This document shows, piece by piece, positions 53,150 to 64,000 of a DNA stretch of 64,000 nucleotides; the first letter of the stretch is position 1; each line of letters begins with the position of its first letter. Source of the stretch: Eledone cirrhosa (Eukaryota). Where the stretch lies: NCBI GenBank assembly GCA_964016885.1, contig OZ024741.1, positions 125,860,001-125,924,000 of the forward strand. The letters run 5' to 3'. Made by a program: the position numbers and the translations under genes. A model generated the notes under the pieces. That model did not search any database. It had not been told where the DNA came from and worked only from the letters and a program-made list of their open reading frames with translations.

Positions 53150-55242
53150 TTACAGAGTGTACTGGGTACACTCTGTAAAGTGGCAGTGCTGGTGCCATGA
53201 CAAATTGCACTTGGTACATGCTTTAAAGTGGTTGGCATTAGCAAGTATATGCAATGTGTATATATATATATATATATATATATGTCTGTGTGTGTATGTG
53301 GCCTAATGGTTAGGGTGCTGGACTGAGAATCATATGGTCATGGGTTCAATTCCTGGACCAGATAGCATGTTGTGTTCTTCAGCAAGATGCTTCCTTTCAC
53401 ATTGCCATTCATGATATGTCTGGGGGACCCTATCATCAAATCTCCTATGAGTTATAATACTGTAGGAGGCCAACTAAAGTTACATATGTATAAGTTGTCA
53501 TTTTATTTCATATATATATATAAAAGTATATGTATATATATTAAGTGGTGAATTCAGCAAGTTAGAACATCAGATAGAATGCTTTTAGGTCAACTTTGTC
53601 TTTCATAATTTTGAGGTTGATAAATAAAGTACTAATCCAGTACTGGGGTAAAATTTTTCCTCTACATCTCTTTCTCATTCTTCTCTCCCACTCACTCTTT
53701 CTCTGGAAGAAATCAACTATGTTTATACCTGGAGAGGGATGGGCCCTGTCAGGTTTACAACATGACTGAGGCACTCTGTGTGTCAGTATGGTGCCCTTAT
53801 GACTCATCAGGAGTTATGAGTTCAAAGAAAATATTGTATATACTTGTGTAAAGGTCACACTGCCATTTTACATATAACAATTACAATGTACCATATATTT
53901 TAAATTGAGGTTTTGTATATCATGTTTGTTTTTTACATCATATTTCTTTGGAAAATAGTGTGACTTATATATGAGTATATATATATATATATAGTAGTTT
54001 GGAAATACTATTTCAAAATAAACAGAACATTTGGAACCATTTAGACAAATCATGCTGTTGTTGTTTTATTTTTGTGTGTGTGTGTATATTTTTTGTTTTC
54101 ATTTCATTTCATTTCATGTTTATCATCTATTTCATCATTTCAAGAGACAGTTTTTATACCTACTCACTGAGTTGGGCTACCAAAGCTCATTATTATAACC
54201 AATCTCAAGAATACCTCTGAACTCATCATCTTTGATCAACTTTTCTTCTATTAACAACACAACACATATACACACTGCTTGTATCGTCATCTTTCATCTG
54301 CACACCAACTTCTTTCTACCTGTGACACACTTATCAGGATTGCTGTAATGTACCAGAGGCCATTGCACATCAAAGCATTTGCATACCTATGCAATAACTT
54401 ATTTATGTTTGTTTCTTCCTGTTTTATTCTACTGCATTTCATAGCAGCATCAGCTGAATTTTAAGACTGTTTTCCCTGCTAAATCATTAATACTCCATAA
54501 AAGGGTTCATGCTCAATGTAAGGTTCTTTTAGAAGAAATTTTTTACAACCTTCTGCCCACTCTTTTAGTCACCTGTTATTGTTTCAAATAGGCATACTGT
54601 ATTCCTGTATGTTGTAAGAGGCGATTAAAAGGACATCTGGTTGTAAAACATTGCCTTAAAAGGTCCTTCATTAATGACTATGAATCCTGTTATGGGGTCT
54701 ATAGGCCTGACCCTTGCTTTGCTAGCAGGAAGGACATCTGGCTGTAAAACATTGCCTCAAAAGGATCTCCATTAATAACTATGAAGCCCATCATTGGGCT
54801 GGCTGGGCTGGTCCCTATTTTGGCAAGGAAAGTAGCCTTAAAAGGCTTGTTAATGGATGTGTATTTGTCTGTTTCTTTGTGAAAGTATGGGCTCGACAAG
54901 TCAGCAGCCTTAGACAAGAGCAGATAATTGCATTATCCTGAAGGTAAAAAAAATAACTGACGTTTCTTTGGGTACTTTTCTTACATCATTCTTCTATTTC
55001 TTTTAATTTCTACTGCTTTCTCTGTCTTGTCTAGTCTAAAATCTCATACTTCTCTTAGTGAATGAACTTATGTCTGTTTGTCTGCTTTGATTTAAATTAA
55101 CTATGCACTCTGCACTTGCGTCATCTGTACATAACACACTATATACGTGTGTTTGTATATATATATATTTATGTATGTATATATATATTTATGTATATAT
55201 ATATATATGTATGTATATATATATATATTTATGTATATATAT

Positions 55243-58200
55243 ATCATCATCATCATCATCATCATCATCAACGTTTAACGTCCGTGTTCCACGCTTGCAT
55301 GGGTTTGGACGGGGGTAGTCCCACTTGAGGCAAGAGTGATTGTCTTGCTCGCATAGGACTGTCTGGCAGGTTTTCTACAGTTGGATACCCTTCCTAACAC
55401 CAACCACATTTACAGTGTGGGTCTGGGAGGTTTTTACCGTGTTGCCTACACGGCCACATTACAGCGTGGACTGTGTGTTTTTTTGTCGTGACACCTACAC
55501 GATCTCATTTGTTTCGGCCTGGATGGCGCGGCACCAACATAACTTTACATAGAACGGGGTGGTGTGGATGGGGTGGGGGTGGTGGCGGGACGGGGTGTAG
55601 TTTGTTAGAGATGCCTACTGGCAAGGCGGGTCTTCTCTGTTACTGAGTACCGCCAAAGGTCACGGTCCAGTGACATTGTCTTGGAGAGGTGTAAGTGTGT
55701 GAGGTCGGAGTTTATCAGCTCATCCCATGTTTTTCTAGGTCTGCCTATTCCGTGGCTACCGTCTATCTTTATTGCCCTGCACTTTGTAATACAGCTATCG
55801 ACTTTCATGCGCATCACGTGTCCATACCAACGCAGCCTTCTCTCGAGTAAACAACATCTGATCCCTCTTATCTCTAATTTTTTCCTTAGTTCGTTTATGC
55901 TTTGCCGTTCACGTATATTACTGTTACACATCCAGCGGAGCATGCAAGCTTCGTTCCTCTCTAGTCTGCGTATATCCTCTGCACACAATGCCCAGGTCTC
56001 ACTACCATGCAACATTGCTGTTCGTATGCAGGCATCGTACAACCTGCCTTTCATTTTTAGGGAGAACCCTTTAGCAGCTAATAGTGGTATAAGCTCTCTG
56101 AACTTTTTCCAACCAGTTCTGACTCTAGCTACAGTACTTTCAGAGCACCCTCCCCCACTGCTGATTTTATCGCCCAGGTAACGGAAGCTGTCCACTATTT
56201 CTATAGAACCCTCTGCGCAATTGAAAGAGCTAGTATTTTGTGGGCACTTGCTGCTACTTATTGCACTAGAACACCGGCCACATGTAAAGTCTATGTTCTT
56301 AGTTAGCTTACCTGTGATCCCACTACATCTTTTATGCACCCATACTTTGCATTTAGGACATAAGATGGAGTTTCTACCTACGCCTTTCCTACATACCGAG
56401 CACGACCATTTCCCAGAAGGGACCGCCGCCTTGTTTTCTTTCCTACAAACTAGAACTTTGGTCTTAGCCAGGTTAATTTTAAGTCCTTTTGACTCTAGGC
56501 CGTGCTTCCATGTTTGGAATTTCTTCTCTAGCTCGGCCATTGATTCCGCTATGAGTGTCAGGTCGTCTGCGTATAGGAGTTCCCATGGGCAGCCTGTCTT
56601 GAACTCCTCTGTTATAGCCTGAAGGGCAATAATAAATAGTAGGGGGCTGAGAACAGAGCCCTGATGGACGCCAACTTTTACGCTAAACTCTTCACTATAT
56701 TCGTTGTTAATTCTAACCTTGCTGACTGTTTCTTTATACATGGCTTGTATAGCCCTCACAAGCCATTCGTCAACGCCTAGTTTTCTAAGAGCCCACCAGA
56801 TAATGGAGCGGGGGACTCTGTCGAAGGCTTTCTCCAGGTCGACAAAAGCTAAGTAGAGGGGTTTACCTTTAGCTAGGTACTTCTCCTGTAGTTGACGTAC
56901 TATGAAAAGTGCGTCTGTGGTGCTTTTGCCTGACACAAACCCGAACTGCATTTCATCTAGATCAATTCTCTCTCTGATTAGTTGCGCTATTACTTTTTCC
57001 GTGACCTTCATGACCTGGTCGATTAATTTAATGCCTCTATAGTTACTCCTATCTAGGGCGTCTCCTTTACCCTTATAACAGTTAACGATGATGCTGCTAT
57101 GCCAGTCCTTCGGAACAACCCCATTCTGTACGACTTGGTTAACTATGCGGGTGACCATGGTGTGTCCCACCGTGCCAGATGCCTTCAGCATCTCAGCAAC
57201 TATTTCCGAAGGCCCAGCCGCCTTACCAGTCTTCATATCCTTGATTGCCTTACTTATTATACTCCCCTCGACTAACACTGCTGGTCCCTCTATCGGGTCG
57301 ATATGGGGGAGACTGTCTTTCTCCCATTTATTCTCCTCATTTAGTAGCCTTTCATAGTGACACTTCCAAGCTACCTTCTTATCAGTGTCGGTGATGGCAA
57401 GTATGCCATCATCGTTAAGTACACACTTCTCCCCGACAATATCACGGTTTTCCTTGACGCATTGCCTGGCAATCCTGAACACCTCACGTTTTTGGTCATC
57501 GCGTTGTAGAACATGCTTGAACTTTCTTTCCTCAGCTTCCCTTCTTGCTAAGTACACTTCTCTCCTAGCTTCCCTCCTGGCCACTTGATAGTCTACTCTA
57601 CTTCCCCCATCCCGCCATACTTTCCAAGCCTGCTTTTTGGCCTTAATTGACCCCTCCACCCTACTGTTCCACCACCATGTTACTCTCCTCCTGCCTACAG
57701 GCCTGCTCCAGCCACAGACTTCGTCTGTCGCCAACAGCAGGTTTGCTTTCAGAAATTTCCACTGTCCCTCTATATTGTCCGATTCTAGATGCTCTTCCTT
57801 ACTGTCGAAAGCATCAAGTAATATGCTTTGAAATTTATTTCTGGCTGTGGGGTCCTTTAGTTTCCATATTTTCCTCCTGAGGATAGTCCTCTTCTGCTGT
57901 CGGGTACGTCTCGTCCTGACTATGAGGTCGCTAATTATCAGTCTATGTTGGGAGGTGCATTCTTCATGGGGGAGGGATTTAGTGTTTACAACAGACACTC
58001 TGTCACGTCTTCTGGTAAGGATATAATCTACCTGGCTTGTGTGTTCCCCGGATCTATAGGTAATCAGGTGATTGTCACGTTTTTTGAAGTTAGTGTTACA
58101 GATAGTTAGGTTATTTGCATCACAGTATTCCAGGATTCTGGAGCCTTCCTCATTTCTAGTACCAAACCCATAGCCTCCATGGATTTCGTCGTAGCCGTCA

Positions 58201-59080
58201 CAATGTTGTCCAACGTGACCATTTAGGTCGCCTGCAATAATTATATAGTCACTGTCAGATATTTGGGAGGTAGTTAGCAACAGTGTCTCATAGAATCTGT
58301 CTTTTATAGTGCCGGGCAGTCCGGATTGGGGTGCGTACGCAGATATTACTGTCACCGTAGTTCTATTGAGGACAAGTCTTATTTTAATTATTCTGTCGTT
58401 CACTCTATTTACGTCTATTATCTTATCTGCCCACTTTTCTGCTACCATGATTCCTACTCCACCCAGCCCATCGTCGTTTCCCACCCAGAAAAGCTTATAA
58501 CATCGTTTTTTACCCTCAATGAATCTAGCAGACCCACCCCTCCACCTGGTCTCTTGAATACAACAAACATCGACCTCCTTACGTTCAAGCATTTCTACAA
58601 CCTCGTTAGCGCGACCCTTTAGGGTGCCTACATTTATGGTACCAACTCTGAAGTTTTGGGTTGCGTTTGGAGGGTGGGGGTGGTGGGGGGCGGGAGGAGA
58701 TAGGGTTATGTTAGCCATCCGCGGACGAAACAAAGAGGAGTGCTCGCATTCTCGTCCACGAGGTGAATTTGACTTTAACTTTGGCATTTTCGCTCTGGGC
58801 ATCCAGATTTTTCTCTCCCTTCCACTCTCCAGGATTCCGCAGTCCGTCCGTCCATCCATCCATCCATCATATATCGAAGGCAACCGGGCAAGCGATAGTA
58901 TAGGCCTCTGGCTTATGATTTGGTCCGCGTAATAATAATAATGGTGATGCATGGGGGTGGGGGGCTCTGGCTTATAATAATGGTGGTGGGGGGGGGGGGC
59001 TCTGGCTTATGATTGGTCCACGTATTAAGTATGGTGGCGTGTGGGGGCGGGAGGGAGGGGTGTGGGGTAGCTAGCTGGAA
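55243..59080 (-). mobile_element. Full-length RTE-clade LINE in a CDK11-like intron (antisense)
   Basis: Intact ORF, C-rich 5' region with short tandem repeats, 3' UTR ending GGACGTTAAACG plus (GAT)n tail at 55243-55270. Confidence 0.92.
55605..58952 (-). CDS. RTE ORF: APE endonuclease, reverse transcriptase and PHD-type zinc finger
   Basis: APE motifs GTINVGTL, CIQETRW, SAYAPQ, AGDLNGHVG, VDYIL, SQHRL. RT motifs QFGF, FVDLEKAFDRV, GVHQGSVLSPLLF, LYADD. C-x2-C..C-x2-C-x4-H-x2-C..C-x2-C after the RT core. True start codon uncertain. Confidence 0.95.
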   Translation of the reverse strand: MHHHYYYYADQIISQRPILSLARLPSIYDGWMDGRTDCGILESGRERKIWMPRAKMPKLKSNSPRGRECEHSSLFRPRMANITLSPPAPHHPHPPNATQNFRVGTINVGTLKGRANEVVEMLERKEVDVCCIQETRWRGGSARFIEGKKRCYKLFWVGNDDGLGGVGIMVAEKWADKIIDVNRVNDRIIKIRLVLNRTTVTVISAYAPQSGLPGTIKDRFYETLLLTTSQISDSDYIIIAGDLNGHVGQHCDGYDEIHGGYGFGTRNEEGSRILEYCDANNLTICNTNFKKRDNHLITYRSGEHTSQVDYILTRRRDRVSVVNTKSLPHEECTSQHRLIISDLIVRTRRTRQQKRTILRRKIWKLKDPTARNKFQSILLDAFDSKEEHLESDNIEGQWKFLKANLLLATDEVCGWSRPVGRRRVTWWWNSRVEGSIKAKKQAWKVWRDGGSRVDYQVARREARREVYLARREAEERKFKHVLQRDDQKREVFRIARQCVKENRDIVGEKCVLNDDGILAITDTDKKVAWKCHYERLLNEENKWEKDSLPHIDPIEGPAVLVEGSIISKAIKDMKTGKAAGPSEIVAEMLKASGTVGHTMVTRIVNQVVQNGVVPKDWHSSIIVNCYKGKGDALDRSNYRGIKLIDQVMKVTEKVIAQLIRERIDLDEMQFGFVSGKSTTDALFIVRQLQEKYLAKGKPLYLAFVDLEKAFDRVPRSIIWWALRKLGVDEWLVRAIQAMYKETVSKVRINNEYSEEFSVKVGVHQGSVLSPLLFIIALQAITEEFKTGCPWELLYADDLTLIAESMAELEKKFQTWKHGLESKGLKINLAKTKVLVCRKENKAAVPSGKWSCSVCRKGVGRNSILCPKCKVWVHKRCSGITGKLTKNIDFTCGRCSSAISSSKCPQNTSSFNCAEGSIEIVDSFRYLGDKISSGGGCSESTVARVRTGWKKFRELIPLLAAKGFSLKMKGRLYDACIRTAMLHGSETWALCAEDIRRLERNEACMLRWMCNSNIRERQSINELRKKLEIRGIRCCLLERRLRWYGHVMRMKVDSCITKCRAIKIDGSHGIGRPRKTWDELINSDLTHLHLSKTMSLDRDLWRYSVTEKTRLASRHL

Positions 59081-59326
59081 GGTTATGAATGTTTAACAAG
59101 CGATTTAACAAAAAGCAAAACTGCAAGATTTGTTCTGTTCAATACGACAAAAACACCGTATTTAAACCTTAAATAGATAACAAAAAAATACAGATTTCGG
59201 ATTTTGCGAATATATATATATATATTTATGTATATATATATATATTTATGTATATATATATATATATATTTATGTATATATATATATATATGTATGTATA
59301 TATATATATATATGTATGTATATATA

Positions 59327-59359
<33 letters not shown>

Positions 59360-61710
59360 TTATGTATATATATATATATATTTATATTTACACGCACACA
59401 CACTCACTTACACCACATACACATGCACATATATATATAGTTGCTTGAAAAATATTGTATGACATAAAGGAAGGTCCGCTCGATATTATGAAAATATTCT
59501 TCATGGGGGCATAACTATAACACAATACAGTACTATTACCTATAGATAGAGTCCCAAGCTTATTAGTATCACAGTTTGACTGATATCATCATGGCCACTG
59601 TTTAATGACTAAAACAAGTAAATATCATAAGTTTAACATGTAGGTAGGGTGTAAAAGTTTATATGAAACTAATATTCAAGGATGTCAATAGTTATAATTA
59701 ATCAGGGTCGAGGATTAATTTTAGAAGTAATAATTTCAAACCCTTCGGTAGACAAAGATTGCATTTAGTTCTACTGCCTCAATAAGGTTTTGCAAAATTA
59801 ATAATATCCCACTTAAGAGAGCATCGTATGTTATCACTTTTTAGATGCCAGACTAATTTAAATAAAGAAATAGAATTTATGTGAATAAAAGCGGGTTTTA
59901 AAATTGCTTGCAGTTGCATCTACGTAATTATAAAGTTTAATATGTGTTGAGACTTCACGAATGTATACAACATAAGCTATAAACTATAAAATCATATAGA
60001 GCTTTAAATTTTTCTTTGCCTTATTATAGTTGTATTATCAACTCGCTTAAACTGGTTTATATATATATTATATATATATAACCTGTCTGTATATATGTGT
60101 GTGTGTGTAGACTTAGAAGGGGCAACCTCTTTTTACATAGCTATTACATGTTACTCTCCTATCTAGAATAGTTGAGAATTGATTGTGGTTTATTGTTGTA
60201 TCTGTGTTCTATTTTGAAGGTGATATTTCAGACTTTCTAGTAGTATAACACTAATAAATAATCTAGGCTTCCTTGAATTTGTTTTGCATATAAAGTTGAA
60301 TTAATTAGTGATGCTGTGTTGTTTTATCATAGAAATAGGCTAGAGTCCATTTAATTAGTTCTTAACTATGTTAGATTTGTGTTGGGGTGTTGTTTTCTCA
60401 TAGAAATAGGCTGGAATTCATTTAATTAGTTCTTAACTATCAGTTAGATTAGTTTTGGGGTGTTGTTTTAATGTCACAATTATTTATTGATTAGCAAGGA
60501 TGAATAAATTGTCCTAAAGCACTGCAAATATATCTTAGTAGAAGAAACATTTTTTTGTCTGTTTGATCAATGTTTGACTTTTGGGCCTTTTTCTATTTCT
60601 TCATCACATTTTTATCTGGCCATAAGGTTAATTTAAAAAAAAATTAAAGTTTCATTCCTCCAAGGAATGTTGTCTGAATTATTAAGGTGTAGGGTTGGTT
60701 GTCCAAGCAAAGTTTGAGTTTGTGAAAAATCCCTTGTCAATAACTGCATTGAACTCTTTGCCATAATATCTGGGCTCTGTAAACTAAGATTTAAATATGA
60801 AAACTTTAAAACGGTTGTTTTTATTTCGTAGTAATTGAAATTGTTATGGGTGGGTTGTATCAAAAGGGTTATCGATTTTCCCAGAGACCCCATACTTTTG
60901 AAAGCATATCTTCCACTATAGATACCCCACCCCCACCCAAATTGTTATACAGGGCGAATAACAATTGAAGGTGAGAAATGTTTATATTTAGAGAATAGAT
61001 ATCCAATAGTGTGTATATTATGTTTATAACAAATTACTTGAAATTGTTATACAGTGAGTTTAACCATTGAAAGATAGGAAAGTTTATATTTAGAGAAGAA
61101 TGGATACCCAATAGTGTGTGTATATTACATTTTTCACAAAGTAGTTGAAATTCTGAGCTTAGCCCATAGAGCTTCAGGGATCAGTATACCCCCAAATTAG
61201 GGTCCACATATATAAAATGTAGAATGTTCTAGCTAGCCTCTAAAAGTGTAATATTTTATTAGTTTTGATTTACTTGATTGTTTCCCTTTGATTAATTCTC
61301 CATCTACATCTTCATCCTTCCATTCCTTTCCTCTTTCTCTACCCCAAACTCCGTCGTTGTCTCAGTTCTTCTTCATAGTGATTTTATTGTCGTTTAATTT
61401 TCTCTTTCTCCAGATCCACCTATCAAAGGCTCCCAAGCGATCTAGATCTTTCTTGCTTAGAGTCCAGCTCTCGCAGCCAAATAAGGCAACGCTCCAGATT
61501 AGGGTTTTTATATTATTTTCTTCCTAATCTTAACCTACATTACATTATATGATACATTACATTATATCATAAATTTATATATGTATATTTACAGTGTAGC
61601 AGTAACTGAGACTGCATAAATGTGTATATAAATTTACATATTGAATATATGAACATGTAAACATGCCTAATTTTACGTAGTTCTCCATAGATTGAAAAAA
61701 ATAGTAAATA

Positions 61711-61754
61711 CCTTGAATTGATTTTCAAATCTTTTTGGGTCTCATCAGAATATC
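61711..61754 (-). ncRNA. Eroded hammerhead-like motif
   Basis: Minus: CUGAUGA-GACCCAAAAAGAUUU-GAAA-AUCAAU-UC; stems poorly paired; resembles the 35445 family. Confidence 0.4.
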
Positions 61755-62665
61755 TATTAGGGGTACCTGATAGTAATGTCGCATATTTAAGAAGATGACT
61801 TTAAAATAGTGAAAACACAACAGTTACTTTTTTCAAGGGTAAATATCTGTCTCGGCAGCAGTTTAACTGTTCCTCTCATTGGGGAAAGTCATACTTAGAT
61901 TTTCTCTATTTCAGATAGCACATGGATGAACAAGAATTTTTTTTAAAAATCATATTTGGCATTGCATGTTGTATGAATTTCATGAATTTTTTTGACCAGG
62001 AAATAAAAAAAAATTATCTAAAGTCTGTCTCGAACCCAGAGGCTCATATGACTGGTGCTTATCCCGGTTTCCTTGGTGTGAAATAACTGAGACTACAAGA
62101 CTCCCACTGAACAAGATGCCAGTCCATCGCAGGGTTAAACCCCCAGCTATTGTTAGTATTCATTTTTGAAGTGTTTTGCTCAAAAACACAACATACAACC
62201 CAGTTATAAATCGAACCCATGACGTTATGATTGTTAGTCTAACACCCTTACCACTAGTTCAAGATGGACAAAGGTTATTTCTAATGATGGTGATTATGTT
62301 GTTAATGAATAAATTTGCTAACAGCTAACAAAAAAGCGACATTACTCTCCAGTATTCCTATTATATACTGCATGTGTTAATTCATATACACATTTACGCA
62401 GTCTCAGATATACTGTATATATACAGATATATATTTATCATATACTTTGGCTGCTTAGTGCACAACTTAATATATTACATCATATATATATATACATACT
62501 TCCTTGTTTAGCAAAATAATTTCTACCCACTTTCTATTGCCAAAGTTGTCCTTTACTAATGCTGATGGCCAATCTGAGCATTTTAAACAATTTGACCATG
62601 CCAATAATTTCTGTAAAGCTACACCACCGATTTTCTGACAACTAATGATCTGGCACCTCTTTTGA

Positions 62666-62874
62666 CCCTTTAGCATTTAAACTGGCCATATCTGGCCAGA
62701 ATTCTCTTACCTTTTTCTGTTCAAACTGGCTGTAACCAGCCACTCATACTGATGTTAAGGTATTGTTCTCAAAATAAATATCAAAATCTCATAGATTCGA
62801 TATTATGTGAGGTAAAACCTTTACCATGAAAATATAATACCATGAAAATATAGAGTAATGTAAATGCTAAAGGG
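62666..62874. mobile_element. piggyBac-like MITE
   Basis: 14-bp TIR CCCTTTAGCATTTA / TAAATGCTAAAGGG flanked by TTGA/TTAA. Confidence 0.7.
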
Positions 62875-64000
62875 TTAATCTACATACAGTTATGAGTGGA
62901 CACTTTAATTTCCCTCTGGCTCAGTTAGCTTGTTTATCAGATGGCCACAGGCAGCACAGTGTCTGTTAATTGCAACCACTTAAATATCTAGATATTATTG
63001 ACTGTTACAGCTCTGATGATTTTGGAAAATTCCTTGCCTATTTTGTGTACATATATCTTCTAGCTATGGCTCCCAAGTATAATGCAAGGGTGGTGTAAAG
63101 TGTAATGATAATTCCATTGGATGAGGGTCTTCTTTAGTTGTGACTGACTTCAAGGCTACAATCCTGGATAAAGTGTTTTGTGAAAGACCGGCAGTCGCCC
63201 ATGCATATTAGTCTCCTCTCTCTATGCCACCAATGTTATCCAAGTGAAAGGCAAAGAAAGGTTGATACAGCTTGGCACCAGTGTCATTGTTGCAACTCAT
63301 TTTTTTCCAGCTTAGTGGCCTGGAACAATGTGAAATAAAGTGTCTTTCTCAAGGACACAACACACTGCCCAGCTCAAGAATGAAACTCATGAGCCCAACA
63401 CCCTAACCACTTATCAGCTTATTGATGCAAGAAAATGTAGAAGTCGTGAAAGAACTGGAATGCAGTGTTTCACTACAAAAGCTGTTTGAGGTATATGGTG
63501 TTGGTTCCAAGGCTTAAAATGTAGAAGTGGTGAGGGAACTGGGGTGCAATGTTTTGCTACAAAAGCTGTTTGTGACATATGGTGTCGGTTCTCAGGCTTA
63601 AGATGGGTTTAAATTTAGTTTGCATCTTCATATTAAAACAGAGGGCGTAGGAGATATCTTACTGTCTTCATTATGTTTCTAGTGAATAAACAAAGCTATG
63701 TTGTGAAGATTTAGGAGCAAAAAACTTCATAATAGTATGGCTTCACTCCCCTGAATTAATTTAACTTGACTTCTGTGAGTTTAAAAAAAAAATGGATAAT
63801 TTGACTTGACATAGATCTGGAACCAAGGGTGCTAGAAAATCGGTGGTGTACCCACATATATATATATACACATGCATATATATATATTTCTACTGCTTAG
63901 TGCACCCTGGTATACTAACAACTCTCAAGCAACTTGTATAATTATAATTCTCACTTTTTTTCTATCTTTCTTTGTTTGCATTTTATTTATTTATTTATTT

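Noticed and set aside
55681-58932. Plus-strand ORFs overlapping the RTE element
   Set aside because: Antisense shadows of the long RTE ORF.
61413-61505. Candidate CDK11 exon after tttctccag
   Set aside because: Translation does not resemble CDK11; better explained as an antisense LINE remnant.

Overview
AT-rich, microsatellite-dense animal genomic DNA. The SINE, RTE and Penelope content and the (TA)n/(CA)n density suggest a cephalopod, probably Octopus (inference). There are two + strand host genes. One is a complete 3-coding-exon TMEM26-like gene (5959-23884, ~572 aa). The other is the 5' part of a CDK11/PITSLRE-like gene (three coding exons, 49030-52896, with a probable promoter near 44.3 kb). 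The rest is mostly transposable elements: a full-length RTE LINE with an intact 1115-aa ORF carrying a PHD finger, a DD37D maT/Tc1-mariner element, a Helitron with a nested two-LTR non-autonomous element, CRE, R4/Dong, Tx1, CR1 and Penelope remnants, hAT and piggyBac MITEs, and many tRNA-derived SINEs. The most striking hidden signal is about 10-12 type I hammerhead ribozyme motifs from several sequence families. Most sit in short Penelope-pLTR-like fold-back elements inside (TA)n tracts. Four have intact catalytic cores, and two of these lie sense to host introns. All calls come from reading the sequence by eye; repeat boundaries are approximate.
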